From NCBI GenBank assembly GCA_043819795.1, contig JBDREN010000056.1:1-41147 (forward strand): a stretch of DNA of 41,147 nucleotides, given 5' to 3'. The number at the start of each line of letters is the position of its first letter. The stretch's first letter is position 1. The notes under the pieces are model-generated. The model saw nothing but the letters and a program-made list of their open reading frames with translations, searched no databases and was not told the origin of the DNA. The DNA comes from Elusimicrobiota bacterium. GTDB lineage: Bacteria > Elusimicrobiota > Elusimicrobia > UBA1565. Positions 19,549 through 31,500 of the stretch are shown here, piece by piece. A program made the translations under genes and the position numbers.

Positions 19549-22500
19549 TCAGTGCTTTACGCCGATCTTGAGGATGACCTTGGCGCCGCCGGACCGCAGG
19601 ATGGCCAGGTAGACGCCCTTGGAGACCTTCCGGCCCGAATCGTCGGTCCCGTCCCAAGAGACGGTGTTCGAGCCGGCCAAGCCGCCGTTGGCGCCGGCCG
19701 AGTAGCTCATCTCCCGGGCCAGCCGGCCGAAGAGGCTGAAGATCTTGATCGAGACGTCGCCCGCGTCCTTGAGGACGTAGTGGATGTTCGCCTGCCCGGT
19801 GCGCGAGTCGAAGGGGTTGGGATAGCTGCTCGCCGCCGAGATCGTCTCGGCCGGCAGCGATCCGAGCTGGACCTTGATCGGGTCGCTCGGGTCCCCGAGC
19901 ACTCCCGAGTTCGAGACGCTCCGTATCCGGACGAAGAGCGTCCCCCGCGGAAGGCCCGTGGCCTGGTACGAGCCGCCCGAGACCAGGTCGCTCTGCGAGA
20001 GCGCCGCGGGCCGTGCCGAGGCCGAGACCAGGGCCTGGAGCCGGCTCTCCTCGAGTGTCTTCGCGTTGTACCAGACCGGGCTATCGCCCCGCCGGTACTC
20101 GATGAGGTAGCCCATGATGCCCGAGGGGCCCCCCGGGACCACCGCCCAAGTGATAAGTAAAGTATTGCCGCCCGGGGTGACGCTCGGCGCCGGCTTTTCC
20201 GGCACCACCAGGTCCATGAGCACGCCGATCGAGATGCCGACCGGACTATCGAAGGTATCGGCCCCGATCGTGGATTGGGCCTTCACCGCGACATAGTACG
20301 TCGTACCCTGCAGCAGGGGGAAGCCCGAGGCCTCCACGTCCCTCTGGCCGGCCGCGATCGCCGTGAACGGTACCACGTCCTGCCCGCCGGGCGTGGTGCC
20401 GACCGCGTAGAAGGCGCCGGTGATATCGCCGAGCGTCACCGTCGAGGACCACACGAAGTGGAGGTACTCGAAGTTGCTGCTGAAGGGGCCGTCCACCGTC
20501 ACGACCGGCTTGGTCGGCGTCTTCGCGTCGAGGACCGTGGCCACCGACCCGTTGATGAACGGCAGGCCGACCGAGGACACGTAGTCGGGGGTCGAGACCA
20601 CGATGTCGCCGGCGTCGAAGGTCAGCTTGAGGGTGTCGCCCGCCGGGGCGAAGAGGTCCAGCTCCACGGCGAGGAAGTAGGTCTGCGTGGAGAGCCCCAC
20701 GGTCTGCGCCGACGAGAGGAACACGGCCGCGGTGTTGCCCGCGAACATCCCGCTGCCCACAGCAAGGTCGTCGGCGCTCAGGTGTCCGGAAGCGTCCGAG
20801 TCGCGGTAAAGGCGGACCGCGCTCACGCCGCCGGCCGCCAACGAGCCCAGCTGCGTCAGGCTCAAGGACTCCCACCGGACCTTGTTGCGCGAGGAGCGCG
20901 CCTCCAGCTTGGCCACCGCCGCCTCGGTGCCCTGGTTGATCCCCTCCGGTATCAGGTCCGACGCCGTCACGGTCATGCCCTCGGCCAGCTTGCTGATCCG
21001 GGAGTTCGGGTCGGACTGATACGGGAAGCCCGCGTCGAGCACCGTGTTCGGGCTCGTCACCCCCAAGGACGCGGTGGACTGCAGGATCAGCGAGAACGTG
21101 CGCTCCGGCTCGGCGAAGGGCGCGATATCCACGGTCACCAGGAAGTCCGTGGCGTTGGGCGTGATCTCCTGGTTCAAGCCCAGCACCGCGACCCCGCCGA
21201 GCAAGGTGTTCAGCCCCGAGGTGAGCTTGGAGTCCAGGTCGTCCCACTCGCCCGGGACCCTCCCGTTGTCGTGGTACACGTTGATGCGCTGGATGTCCGC
21301 GTCCGAGGCGGTGCCGCTGCTCCGGAGAGTCAGCTGCGTCCAGGTCAAGGCGTGGTCCGCGGTGTAGAGGGACAAGTTGAGCAGGACCTGGTTGGTCGCC
21401 GCCTGCTTGAGCTGGCCCGGCGCCTGGTTCGTCACGACCGCGGACATCTGCGTATTGGTCGGCTGCACGGTGCTATACTCGGACTGCATGGGAAAGGCCG
21501 AGGTGTCCACCGTGTTCGGGTTGTCAACCTTGAAGTCCGTGGCCGCGGTGATCTCGGCTCCCACCAGCTGGCCGGATCGCGCCGTGTTCTTGATGTTGTA
21601 GGTGACGAAGAAGGTCTGCGGCGAGGAGGTGATCGTCTGCGTCGCGAACTTGATCTCCGCCAGGCCCGCGCTGAAGGCCGCGGCTCCCAGGTTCTCGTCG
21701 TTGAGGATGCTCAGCGCCCCGTTCCCGTCGTCCCGGAATAGGCGCGCCACCGGAACCTCCGCGTCCTGAAGCCCCCCCGTTCGCCGCACGGTCAGCTGGG
21801 AGAAGGCCGCGCTGTAGGCCGGGGTCCAGGCCTCGACCCTCAGCATGACCACGTTGGTGTCGCCCTGGGTCACCGTCGACGGCGCCACGCTGGTCCACGC
21901 GACGGATACTTGGACCGGCGGCGGAGTGATGCTCAGGGCGTCCGAGGCCCAGAGCGCGGACGCGGTGGCCGTGGAGACGAAGTTCGGAGCGTCCACCTTG
22001 TAGTCGCTGACGTCCACGGTGCGCAGGGAGAACGACCTCCCCGGCACGGCCGTCGTGGACAGGTCCACCACCACGAAGAACCGCTTGGGCGTGGGCGTGA
22101 TCGGAGGCGCGTTGAGGGCCAGGTCCACCTCCCCGGCCTGGGTCTCGCCGAAGGTATGAGTCATCGTGGAGGCGTTGATGAGCGCGTACTGCGCGAGGTT
22201 CGCCGGGTCCCAGTCGCCTATGTCGGTCACGTCGTAGTACACCCGGACCGCGGCCACGTCCCCGTCGGTGGCGTTGCCCGCGCGGTGGATATTCAGGCTC
22301 TGCCACGAAGCGCTCGAGATGTTCGTGTTGAGCGAGAGCTCCATCATCCCGATGTTCTGCGCGCCGGGCTCCTTGCCCGCCCCCGGGGTGATGCTCCGGG
22401 AGGAGACCGTCACCTCGTTGTCGAACTGCACGATCGACGGGACGTTCGAGACGAGAGGGAACAAGACGGCGCTGTCGCCGTGGACCCTGTTGGGCGCGAT

Positions 22501-25500
22501 CAGATTGAAGCTCGCGGTCGTGGGGATCCGCGCCCCGATGCTCTCCCCGGGGACCGCGCTCGGGCTGATGTCGAGGACCACGAAGAACGTCTGGGTGCCG
22601 GCCTGGACCGTCTGGGGCGGGGTCAGGCTCACCACCGAGCTCCCCCCGCTGAAGGCGTGGACCCCGGGCGTGACCTGGACGTCCTTGGCGATGTCGAAGA
22701 GCTGGTCGTCGTCGGACCGGAAGATCCGGATGTTCTCGACGATCGACTCCGAGGCCGTGCCCATGCTCTCCACCACAAGCCCGGTCCAGTTGAAGTTGTT
22801 CTGGTCCGAGAGCACGTCCAGGCGCAGGACCGGCACGCCCTGGGCCCCCTGCTTCACGCTCCCGGGGCCGACCGGCTGCGCCTTGGTGATCAGCATGTAG
22901 TTCGTCGTCGCCTGGACCGGAGACTCGGAGGTGATGATCGGGAAGGGCGCGGACGAGACCGTGGTCAGCGCGTCCACGGCGCGGATCGAGTCCTCGTTCG
23001 TCATGGACAGCGCCAGGGTGTTGCCGGGGTTCGCCGACGGGCTGATCTGGTAGGTGATGAAGAACACGCCCGTCGTGCCGGCGGCGATGGTCTGGGTGGC
23101 GATGTCGATCGCCGCCTCCCGCGAGGCGAACGTCGCCGAGCCGACCAGGACGTCCACCGCCATGTTCAGCGGCAACCCGTCCACCGCGGCGTCGCGCCAG
23201 ATCCCGATCTCCTCGACGTCCGAATCCTGCCCGGTGCCCGGCTGGCCTATCAGGAAGCGGTCGATCCGCGCGCTCCCCACATCCACGGTCATCGTGGCCT
23301 TGAGCACGGCGTAGGACCCGCCCTGGACGAAGGCGGCCGGGACCAGGTCCTCGTATCTCACTTCGACGATGTTCGGCTGGCGGACCGTCACCGTGCTCGC
23401 GATGATCGGCGCGGTGCTGAAGATGACCGCGTCCACGAGGTTGCCGACGCGCACGTCGCTCGGCGTGGCGATCCGCACCTGGAACGCGTCGTCGAGCGCC
23501 GCGTTGTTGCCGATGTTGACCGTGAGGAAGAACCGCTCCTCCACCGTGCCCACGGTGCGCCGGGCCGGATCCGCCGTCAGGGTCAGCGTGGCCACCCCCG
23601 CGGTGAAGAAGTCGCTCCCGCCGGTCAGCTGGACGTCGTCGCCCGCGTTGAACGCCGCGTCCGCGTTGTCGTCGCGCCAGATGTTCACGGCCGCGATCTC
23701 GTTGGAGGCCAGGGTGCCGGTCAGATGGACCACGATGGCGTCGATGAGGCTGGTCCCCGTGTCCGTGATGGCGTCGAGGCGCAGCAAGGCGACGTTGTTC
23801 CTCCCGGGCGCGGCCGTTTCCGGCGCGAGGTCCGCATAGTCCAACGACAGGTCGTTCGGGCCGTCCGTGATCGGGACGGGGTCCACCCAAATCGGGAAAG
23901 GCCCCTCGGCCTTGAAGGGATGCTGCAGGCCGACGTCGAAGGCGTCCGCGATCTTGAGCCCGACCGTATCCCCGACGGTCGCCTCCGGAGCCATCTGATA
24001 CGCCACGAAGTACGTGCTGGTGGTCACCGTGATGATCTGGGAGTTGCCCGCGAGGTCGATGTCGGCCACGCCCGACACGAACGCCGCCCCCGCCAGGGAG
24101 GTGTCCTGCTGGGGCTCGAAGGTGTCGTTGCCGTTGGTGTCCGCGTAGACGTGCGCCTTCGTGATGTCTCCGCCGGAGGCGGTGCTGTGGGTGCTCAGCT
24201 TCACGCGCAGGGTGTCGAACCTCGAGGTCCCCGCCTTGTTGGCCAGGGTGAAGCGCAGCATGGCCCCCGACGTGTTCTGGGGGATGCCCGCGCCCGCCAC
24301 CGACGCGGTCGTGAAGAACACGCTCCCGAACGTCGAGGTCGAAAGCGAGACCGAGGGTGTCGAGACGTTCAGTAGATAATCGCGCGCGGTCACGCGCACG
24401 AAATACGTGGTCGCTTCCAGAAGACCCGTGAAAGTATAGCTCGACTTCGACGGGATATTGATGCCCGTCCCGGGAGCGATGAATCCCGACGCGGATGCCG
24501 ACGCGGAGAAATCCGTGGAGGTCGACGCCTCGAAGAGGAAGTCTTTGATCGGCCGGGAAAGGTTGTCGACCGCGGTGGCCTCCACGTACAGAGACTCCGT
24601 GGTCAGCGGCGTCAAGGAGTTTAAGACCGGCAGGGGGACCGAGGTGTCCACCAGGATAGAGAAGGGCCCCGCCTCGAGGAGGTTGCCGGCCCGGTCGGGC
24701 ACGAAGAAGCGCACCTGGTTGGTGGCGAGGCAAGCCCCGACGCCGCCGCAGGTCGCGGTGCTGCTGGACTCGATGAGCTCCAGTCCCTCGATGCGCACGG
24801 TCTCGATCCCCGTGGAGCCGGAGGCCCCGGTGAATGCCAGACGCGGCCCCGCGGAGGGAGATGGGACCGTCGAGCTGACGACGGTCCATCGGTTGCCCTC
24901 GTCGGTCGAGTAGAGCGCGAAGCTCTGCGCCGCCGCGCGCTCCACGGCGAGCTCGGCCGCGGAGAGGGCCGCGCCGAAGACCCGAAGCTCGTCGAGCATC
25001 CCGTTGAGCGGGTCCGCGCCGCCGATGCCGCTGAGCCCGTCCTCTCCGAAGCGGAACCGGGAGTCGGCCGGAGTGCCCGCCCCGGAGCAGGATGCCGCGA
25101 GCGCGCCGTTGACGTAGAGCCGGTTCTCATTGAGGCCCGGGGCCATCACGAAAGCCACGTGGCTCCAGGCCCCGGCGTTGAACTCCTGGGCGGTCGTAAG
25201 CGGGCAGCCGGCCCCGGCCGCCGCGGCCGTGCTCGCCCGGAAGGCGACCTTCCCATCAGCGGAGTCATACTGTACCCGGACCTGCTCGGAGGCCCAGATC
25301 GTGGAGGAGCCCAGGTTCAGGTTCAGCGGCTTGGCCCAGAGCGCGACCGTGAGCCCCGGGGCCCCGGCCAGGCTGAGCGTGGACACGTCGATGGAGTTGC
25401 CCGGCGTCCCGCTGAAGCGCGCGCCGTTGCCCACGTAGCCCGCTTGCCCCAGGATGTTCCCCGCGAGGCCCCGCACGACCCCGGCGTTGCCCTCCTCCGA

Positions 25501-28500
25501 GAAGTCCCTCACCGTATCGGTGCTCCCCTCCAGGTGCCAGATCCCGAGCCGGTTGAGACTCGTTGCCGCGTCCAGGCCCAGGCCCGAGACCGGGTCCTGG
25601 ACCCGCAATTGGACCGTGACGCCTCCGCTCAGGTCGTTGAACACGTCCTGGCGAAAGACGCCTCCGGTCGAGCTGACGTGCGTGAAGCCCGCGGTGGTCG
25701 GCGCCTCGAGGTCCATCACGAACGAGGCGGGATCGGAGTATCCGGAATCGATGGCAGGGAGCTCTCGGTGGGCCCGTACGCGCCAATAATAAGTCGTGCC
25801 GTGGTCCAGGCTGGCGGATGAAAGCAGGCTCACCGCCCCCCCCGCAGCCGCATCATTGACTTTTAGGATCGAGAACGCGGGCGATTCGGCCACCTGCACC
25901 GTATGGTTCGGCTGCGTGCTGGCCTCGACCCAGGAGAACGTGGGCCGCTCCTCGCGCGCGAAGCCGCCGTCCGCCGGGTAATACGCGGCCGGCACGCTCA
26001 ATAGCGGGTCCACGAGGATCGCGAACGGCCCCGCGGTCCGGATCGAGCCCGCCCGGTCGCTGTAGGTGAGGCGGACCTGGTTGGTGGCGCCGCAGGGGAT
26101 GGTGCCGCCGCAGATGGCGCCGCTGATCGACGTCGCCAGGTCCAGCCCCCGCGCCTCGAGCGTCTGCGGCGCGGTCGTGCCGTCGGTCCCGGTCAGGGAG
26201 ACCGCGATAGGCGTGGAGACCAGCACGGTGGCGCTCGACGGGGCGATATGGGCCGCGGTGTAGAGCCGGCCGGCGTAGGCCTCGAAGGCGTACGGCCGGT
26301 CGTCGCTGGCGAAGTTGCGCGCGACCATCCAGGAGTTGCCGTCGTACATGTAAGCGCGGACCGACGAGCCCCAGATGCCGGCGTACAGGCGCCCGTCGTG
26401 GACGCCTAGGGCGCGGGTCTCATCCTCCGGCGGGTCGTAGCTGGAGTTCCAGCCCGTACCGTCAAAGACCTTGATTACGCCGCCGGCGCCGGTCCCGGCG
26501 TACAGCCGCCCGTTGTAGACCTGCATGTCGAAGGTCGGGGCGCTGATCGGCTCCGATAGGGTCCACGTGCTCCCGTCGAATACGTAGCGACTGAGGCTGC
26601 CGCCGGCGAAGAGCCGGCCCTCGTAGACCTCGAACGAATACATCTCGGAGTCGGAAGAATCGAAGGAGACGTGCCATCTGCCGGAATCCGGGTCGAAGGC
26701 CCAGACCCGGCCCCCGCTATCGGTCGCGGCGTAGAGCCGGCCGTTATAGCCCTTGAGGTCGTTGACCTTCATCGAGACCGTGGACACGGTCATCGAGTAC
26801 CAGCCCCCTCCGTCGAAGAAGTGGATGTCCGTACCCGCGCTCAATCCCGCGTAAAGCTTGCCCTGGAACTCCTCCAAGGCGAGCACTCCGGCGTCGGGCA
26901 GGTCCGCGGACTGGCCCCAGGAGCCGCCGTCGTAGACGAGGACGAGCGCCGACGGGTCGGTGCCCGCGTACAGCCTGCCCTGATACCTCGCCAGGGACGT
27001 GATCGCGTCCTCCGACGCGTGGGCCAGCGTTTCGGCCCATGTCCCGTCGATCCACTCGCTAAGTACGCCCCCGCCGACCGTATTATAGACCACCCCGAAG
27101 GCCCCGACGCCCGACACCGGGGCGATGGCCAGGCCGGCGGGGCCCGTGTCCTGCACGGTGATCTGGACCGTCACCCCGGAGAGCAGGTCCACGCCGAGAT
27201 TCTCGACGATCGCGCCTCCGGTCGAGTTCAGGGTCGCGAATCCCAAGGACGCGGGCGGGGTGAAGTCGGTTACGAAGCTCGACACCGTGAGGGCCGGGGA
27301 CAGGAACCCCAGGAAGCCCGGGCTGCGCACGCGCCAATAATAGGTGGTGTCATGAGCCAGGGTGAACGTCGAGACGTACGCTCCCAAGGCGTGCGCCGCC
27401 TCGGTGGTCGCGATGACCGCCGGCGTGGAGATGGATATCTCGGGGCTCAGGAAGTCCGGGGCGTCGTCCACCTCGAGGATATAGACCGGCGCGCTCCCGA
27501 TCGCGGTCACGGCGGACGTGCTCGGGCCCGTCCAGGCGAAGTTCGGGCGGGGCGCGCTCACGAACACGCCGCTGCCCGGGATGGTCGGCGTGGAGATCGC
27601 GGCCGCGGCGACCGTGTCGACGATGACGGCGTAGGGCCCGAACGTCCCGACGTTGCCGCGGCGGTCGCCCGCCACGAAGCGGAGCTGGTTGGTCGCCAGG
27701 CCGCCGGTCGCCGGGGTGGTCGAATGCGCGAGCCGGAGATCGCGCACCGCGAGGGTCTCGGGGCCGACGCTCCCGGGCGCCCCGCTCAGGTTCAGATAGG
27801 GATAGCCGGGGACCGGGACCGTCGTGCTGACCACGTTCCACGCCGTTCCGGCGGTCGTGGAGTACTCGACCGCGAACCGTCCCGGAGCCGCCGCCGCGTA
27901 GTGGGCCCCGATCTCGTCCGCGTCGGCCGCGTAGTCCAGGACCCGCACCTCGTCGATGACCCCCGAGAAGAGCCCGTCCCACACGCCGGCCGCGCTGATG
28001 CCGGCGCACAGCGAGAACGGCATGCTGGCTCCTCCCGAGTTCCCGCCCCAGGACCCCGAGTCGGTCAGCCTGCCGTCCACGTAGAACGAGGCCTTCGTCC
28101 CACTGGCCACGGCCGCGACGTGCTGCCAGGTCCCGATGGAGATCGTCCCGGCGTTCCCCAGGAGCCCGCCGAGCGAGGCGTTCGTCATGAACAGTCCCGA
28201 GCCGCTGACGCGGAAGACGTAGTTCACGTTCTGGCTCGCGCTGATGGCGCCGACGGCCGCGATCACGTGGTCCCCGCTGACCAGGTCCGGCTTGATCCAG
28301 GCCTCGAGCGTGAAGTCGCTGCCGGCCGCGAAATCGAACTGCCCGCCCAGCGCCGTGACCCCCTGGCCGGCCTTGCAGCGCACTCCCGCTCCGAAAGGCG
28401 TAGCCGCGTAGCCGGCCGGCTCGCAGCCGACGCCGGTGCAGGACAGCGTCGCGGTATTGCCGTTCCCGCCGGCGTCCCGGGCGCCGGAGCCGTCCGTCTC

Positions 28501-31500
28501 GTCGAAGTGCCAGAGGGCGACGGTGCCCGGCCCGGCCTCCGGGCCGGCCTCATGACCGAGCCCGGCGACTCCGTCCGAGACGGTGATCTGGGCCGTGACC
28601 CCGGTGAGCAGGTCGATGTAAGTCCCCTCCGGGAAGACGCCGCCCGAGGAGCTGTACACCCGGAACGCGCCCCCCGTGGGCGAGGACGCGTCGGTCACGA
28701 AGCTGGCGGCCGGGCTCCAGGGGCCGAGGATGCCGAAGCGGCTTTGCGAGCGCACGCGCCAGTAGTACGTCGCCCCCTCCGTGAGCGTGAAGGTGGAGAG
28801 GTAAACGGCGGTGACCCTCGCGAGGCCGGCGTCGCTCACCACGGCCGGGGTCGAGACGCTGATGACCATGTTCCCGGGATCGAACGCCGGGTCCTCCTGC
28901 GAGACCTGCAGCAGGAACTCGCCGCCCATCCCCCGGACCACGCCGGTGCTCGGCCCCGTCCAGGTGAAATCGGGCGCCGTCCCCGCGTACGTCCCCGCGG
29001 CCGGCAGGCTCGGCGTGGACACCGCCACGGGGGAGTTCGTGTCCACGAGAATCCCGAAGGGTCCCGCGGTGAACACGTTGGCCGCCGCGTCCGCCGCGTG
29101 GAAGCGCACCTGGTTGGTGGCCAGGGCCCCCGTCGCGGTGCCGGTGGACGTGACCAAGTCGAGCCCCAGGACCGTGAGCGTCTGGCTCGCGGTGGTCCCG
29201 TGTGCGCCCGTCATCGTGACATAGCCCCCGGTCGCCGGGGCCGTGGCCGCGACCACGCGCCAGGTGCTCCCGGCGTCGGTCGAGTAGGAGGCGTAATAAG
29301 GATGGCCGCGCTCATAGTCCGAGAGTACCTCGCCGGCCGGGAGCGCGCGGTCCAGGACGCGGAGCTCGTCGATCGTCCCCTTGAAGAACTCGCCTAGATC
29401 GGTCGCGCCGACGAAGAGCGTCCCGAGCCCCCCGCTGTGCCCCGCGAAGGAGTGCGTGCCGACCGACACCCCGTCGACGTAGAAGCTCCCGGCCCCGCCC
29501 TCGAAGGTGAACGCCACGTGCTGCCAGACCCCGGTGCTGAGCGCCGGACCCGCGGCCACCGGACCGGAGCCGAGATCGGCGGCCAGCCGGCCGTCGTCGA
29601 CGAGCAAGCGCGTCGGGTGGCCCCCGTCCGCCCCCCAAGACACCAGGCCCATGGCGCCCGAGGTCGACACCGGACGGATCCAGGCCTCGATCGAACGCCG
29701 GGCGCCGCCGGTCGGCAGCCCGGTTGGAGAGGCGTTGCGCAGGTCCTCGGCGCCGTGGAACAGCAGCCCCGCCCCGAAGCGGCCGGCCGCCCGCTGCGGC
29801 GTCCCGGCGCCGGGCGCGAGGGCCAGTCCGGCCGGCCCGGAATCCTCCCAGGCCGCCCCCGAAGCCTCGTCGAAGTCCCACAGGCTCACGGTCCCGCTCG
29901 ACGACGCGAGCGGGGCGGGGCCGTCCAGGTTCAGGCCCGCCATGGCGTCCGCCACCGTCATCTGCGCGGTGACGGCCGAAGCCAGATCGTTGAACTGCGT
30001 CTCGGAGAGGGCTCCCCCGGTCGAGCTGCGGCTCAGGAAGGCGCCGCCGCTGGGCAGGGTCCGGTCCACCCAGTACGGCCCTATGTCCTGCTGGGTCCCG
30101 AACTGGCCCGGCTGGTCGAACGCCCGCACGTGGAAGTACCAGTCGTCGGCGTCCGACGTCGCGGTCACGGTGGACTTGAGAGTGCCCGAGCTCCACAAGG
30201 TGTCCGCGCCGCCCACCAAGGTGCCCGGGCTCCGGTCCCAGACGAGGCGGAAATGGTCCACGTTGGCCGAGCCGAAGTTCCCCACGAACACGATGGAGGG
30301 GGTGTTGACCCATGCGCCGGGCGCGGTCTCGGCGACGACGGCGGTCTCGGCCGCCACCACCGTCCGCGTCGCGGACCGTATCGGGAACGAAGCCGCCGAC
30401 ACGATGTCGGTGGAGCCGGAGAGGACGAAATCGCTGGTCGCGGGGATCTCGATACCGAGGTCGGCGTCCAGCTCGGCGGCGTCGCCCACCTTCCAGGAGA
30501 AGAAGTACGTCCGCGTGGAGGTCCCAATGAGCTGCTCCTTGCCGTCGCCGGCCAGGTTGAAAATGGCCTCCCCGACCACGAAGTTCGGGATAGTGAGCAG
30601 GGCGCTGTCCGTCTCGGGATCGAAATCCCCGTCCCCGTCGTCGAGAGACATCCTGATGTCCGTCACGCCGGTCTCCGCCCCGGAGCCGATAGGCGCCACC
30701 GACAGCTGCTCCAGCGTGACGAAATCCGCGTCCGTCCGGAGCTGGAGCTTCAAGAGCGGCACGTTCTGCTGGTTCCGGAACATGATATCCGGCGTGATGT
30801 CGGTCCCGGTCGAGTAGAGCAGGTCCTGGTTGTCGTTGACGGCCGTGAACGTGGACTGGCCGTAACCCACCGGCCATCCCTCCAGGGTCCCGTGGTTGCC
30901 GAAGCCGGAGTCGTCCGCGATGCCCCCCGCCCCGGCGCCCGCGTCGAAATGATAAAGAACCCTCTCACCGCCCTCGAAGGAGCGGCGGCGCGAGGGCGTG
31001 AACGCCGTCGTCGTCGAATAGCGCACGAGCGCGGAGACGCGCACGTCGTCGATCGCGCCGTTGAGGTAGGCGCCCAGATAGTTGTTCGGGCCGCCGAGGG
31101 CGAAGGTGCCGGTGGAATCGGATATCGTGCCCAGGACCGAGCCCGTGGACAGCGGCACGCCGTCGAAGAAGATCGCCTTGCCCTGCTGGACGCTGTACGA
31201 GGCGGCCACGTGGTGCCAGCGGCCGTCGTGCACGGCGACGGGCGTCCCGTCGCGGTCGGCGCACAGGTAGTCGCTTCCGACGTAGAAAGTCGGCACGCCC
31301 GCGCCGCAGCCGGAGCCGTTGAGCCACAGCCGGTACCCCGTGCCGGACGTCCCGCGCGTGATGACGGAGAGGTCGCTCCCCGTGTCCGTGGTGTTGACCC
31401 AGGTCTCGAGAGTCACCTCCGTCAAGTCCAGACTCGATGAGTAGGGCGCCGTCACGCGGTCGTCCGTTCCGTCGAAGCTCATGCCGGGGAAGTCGACGCT

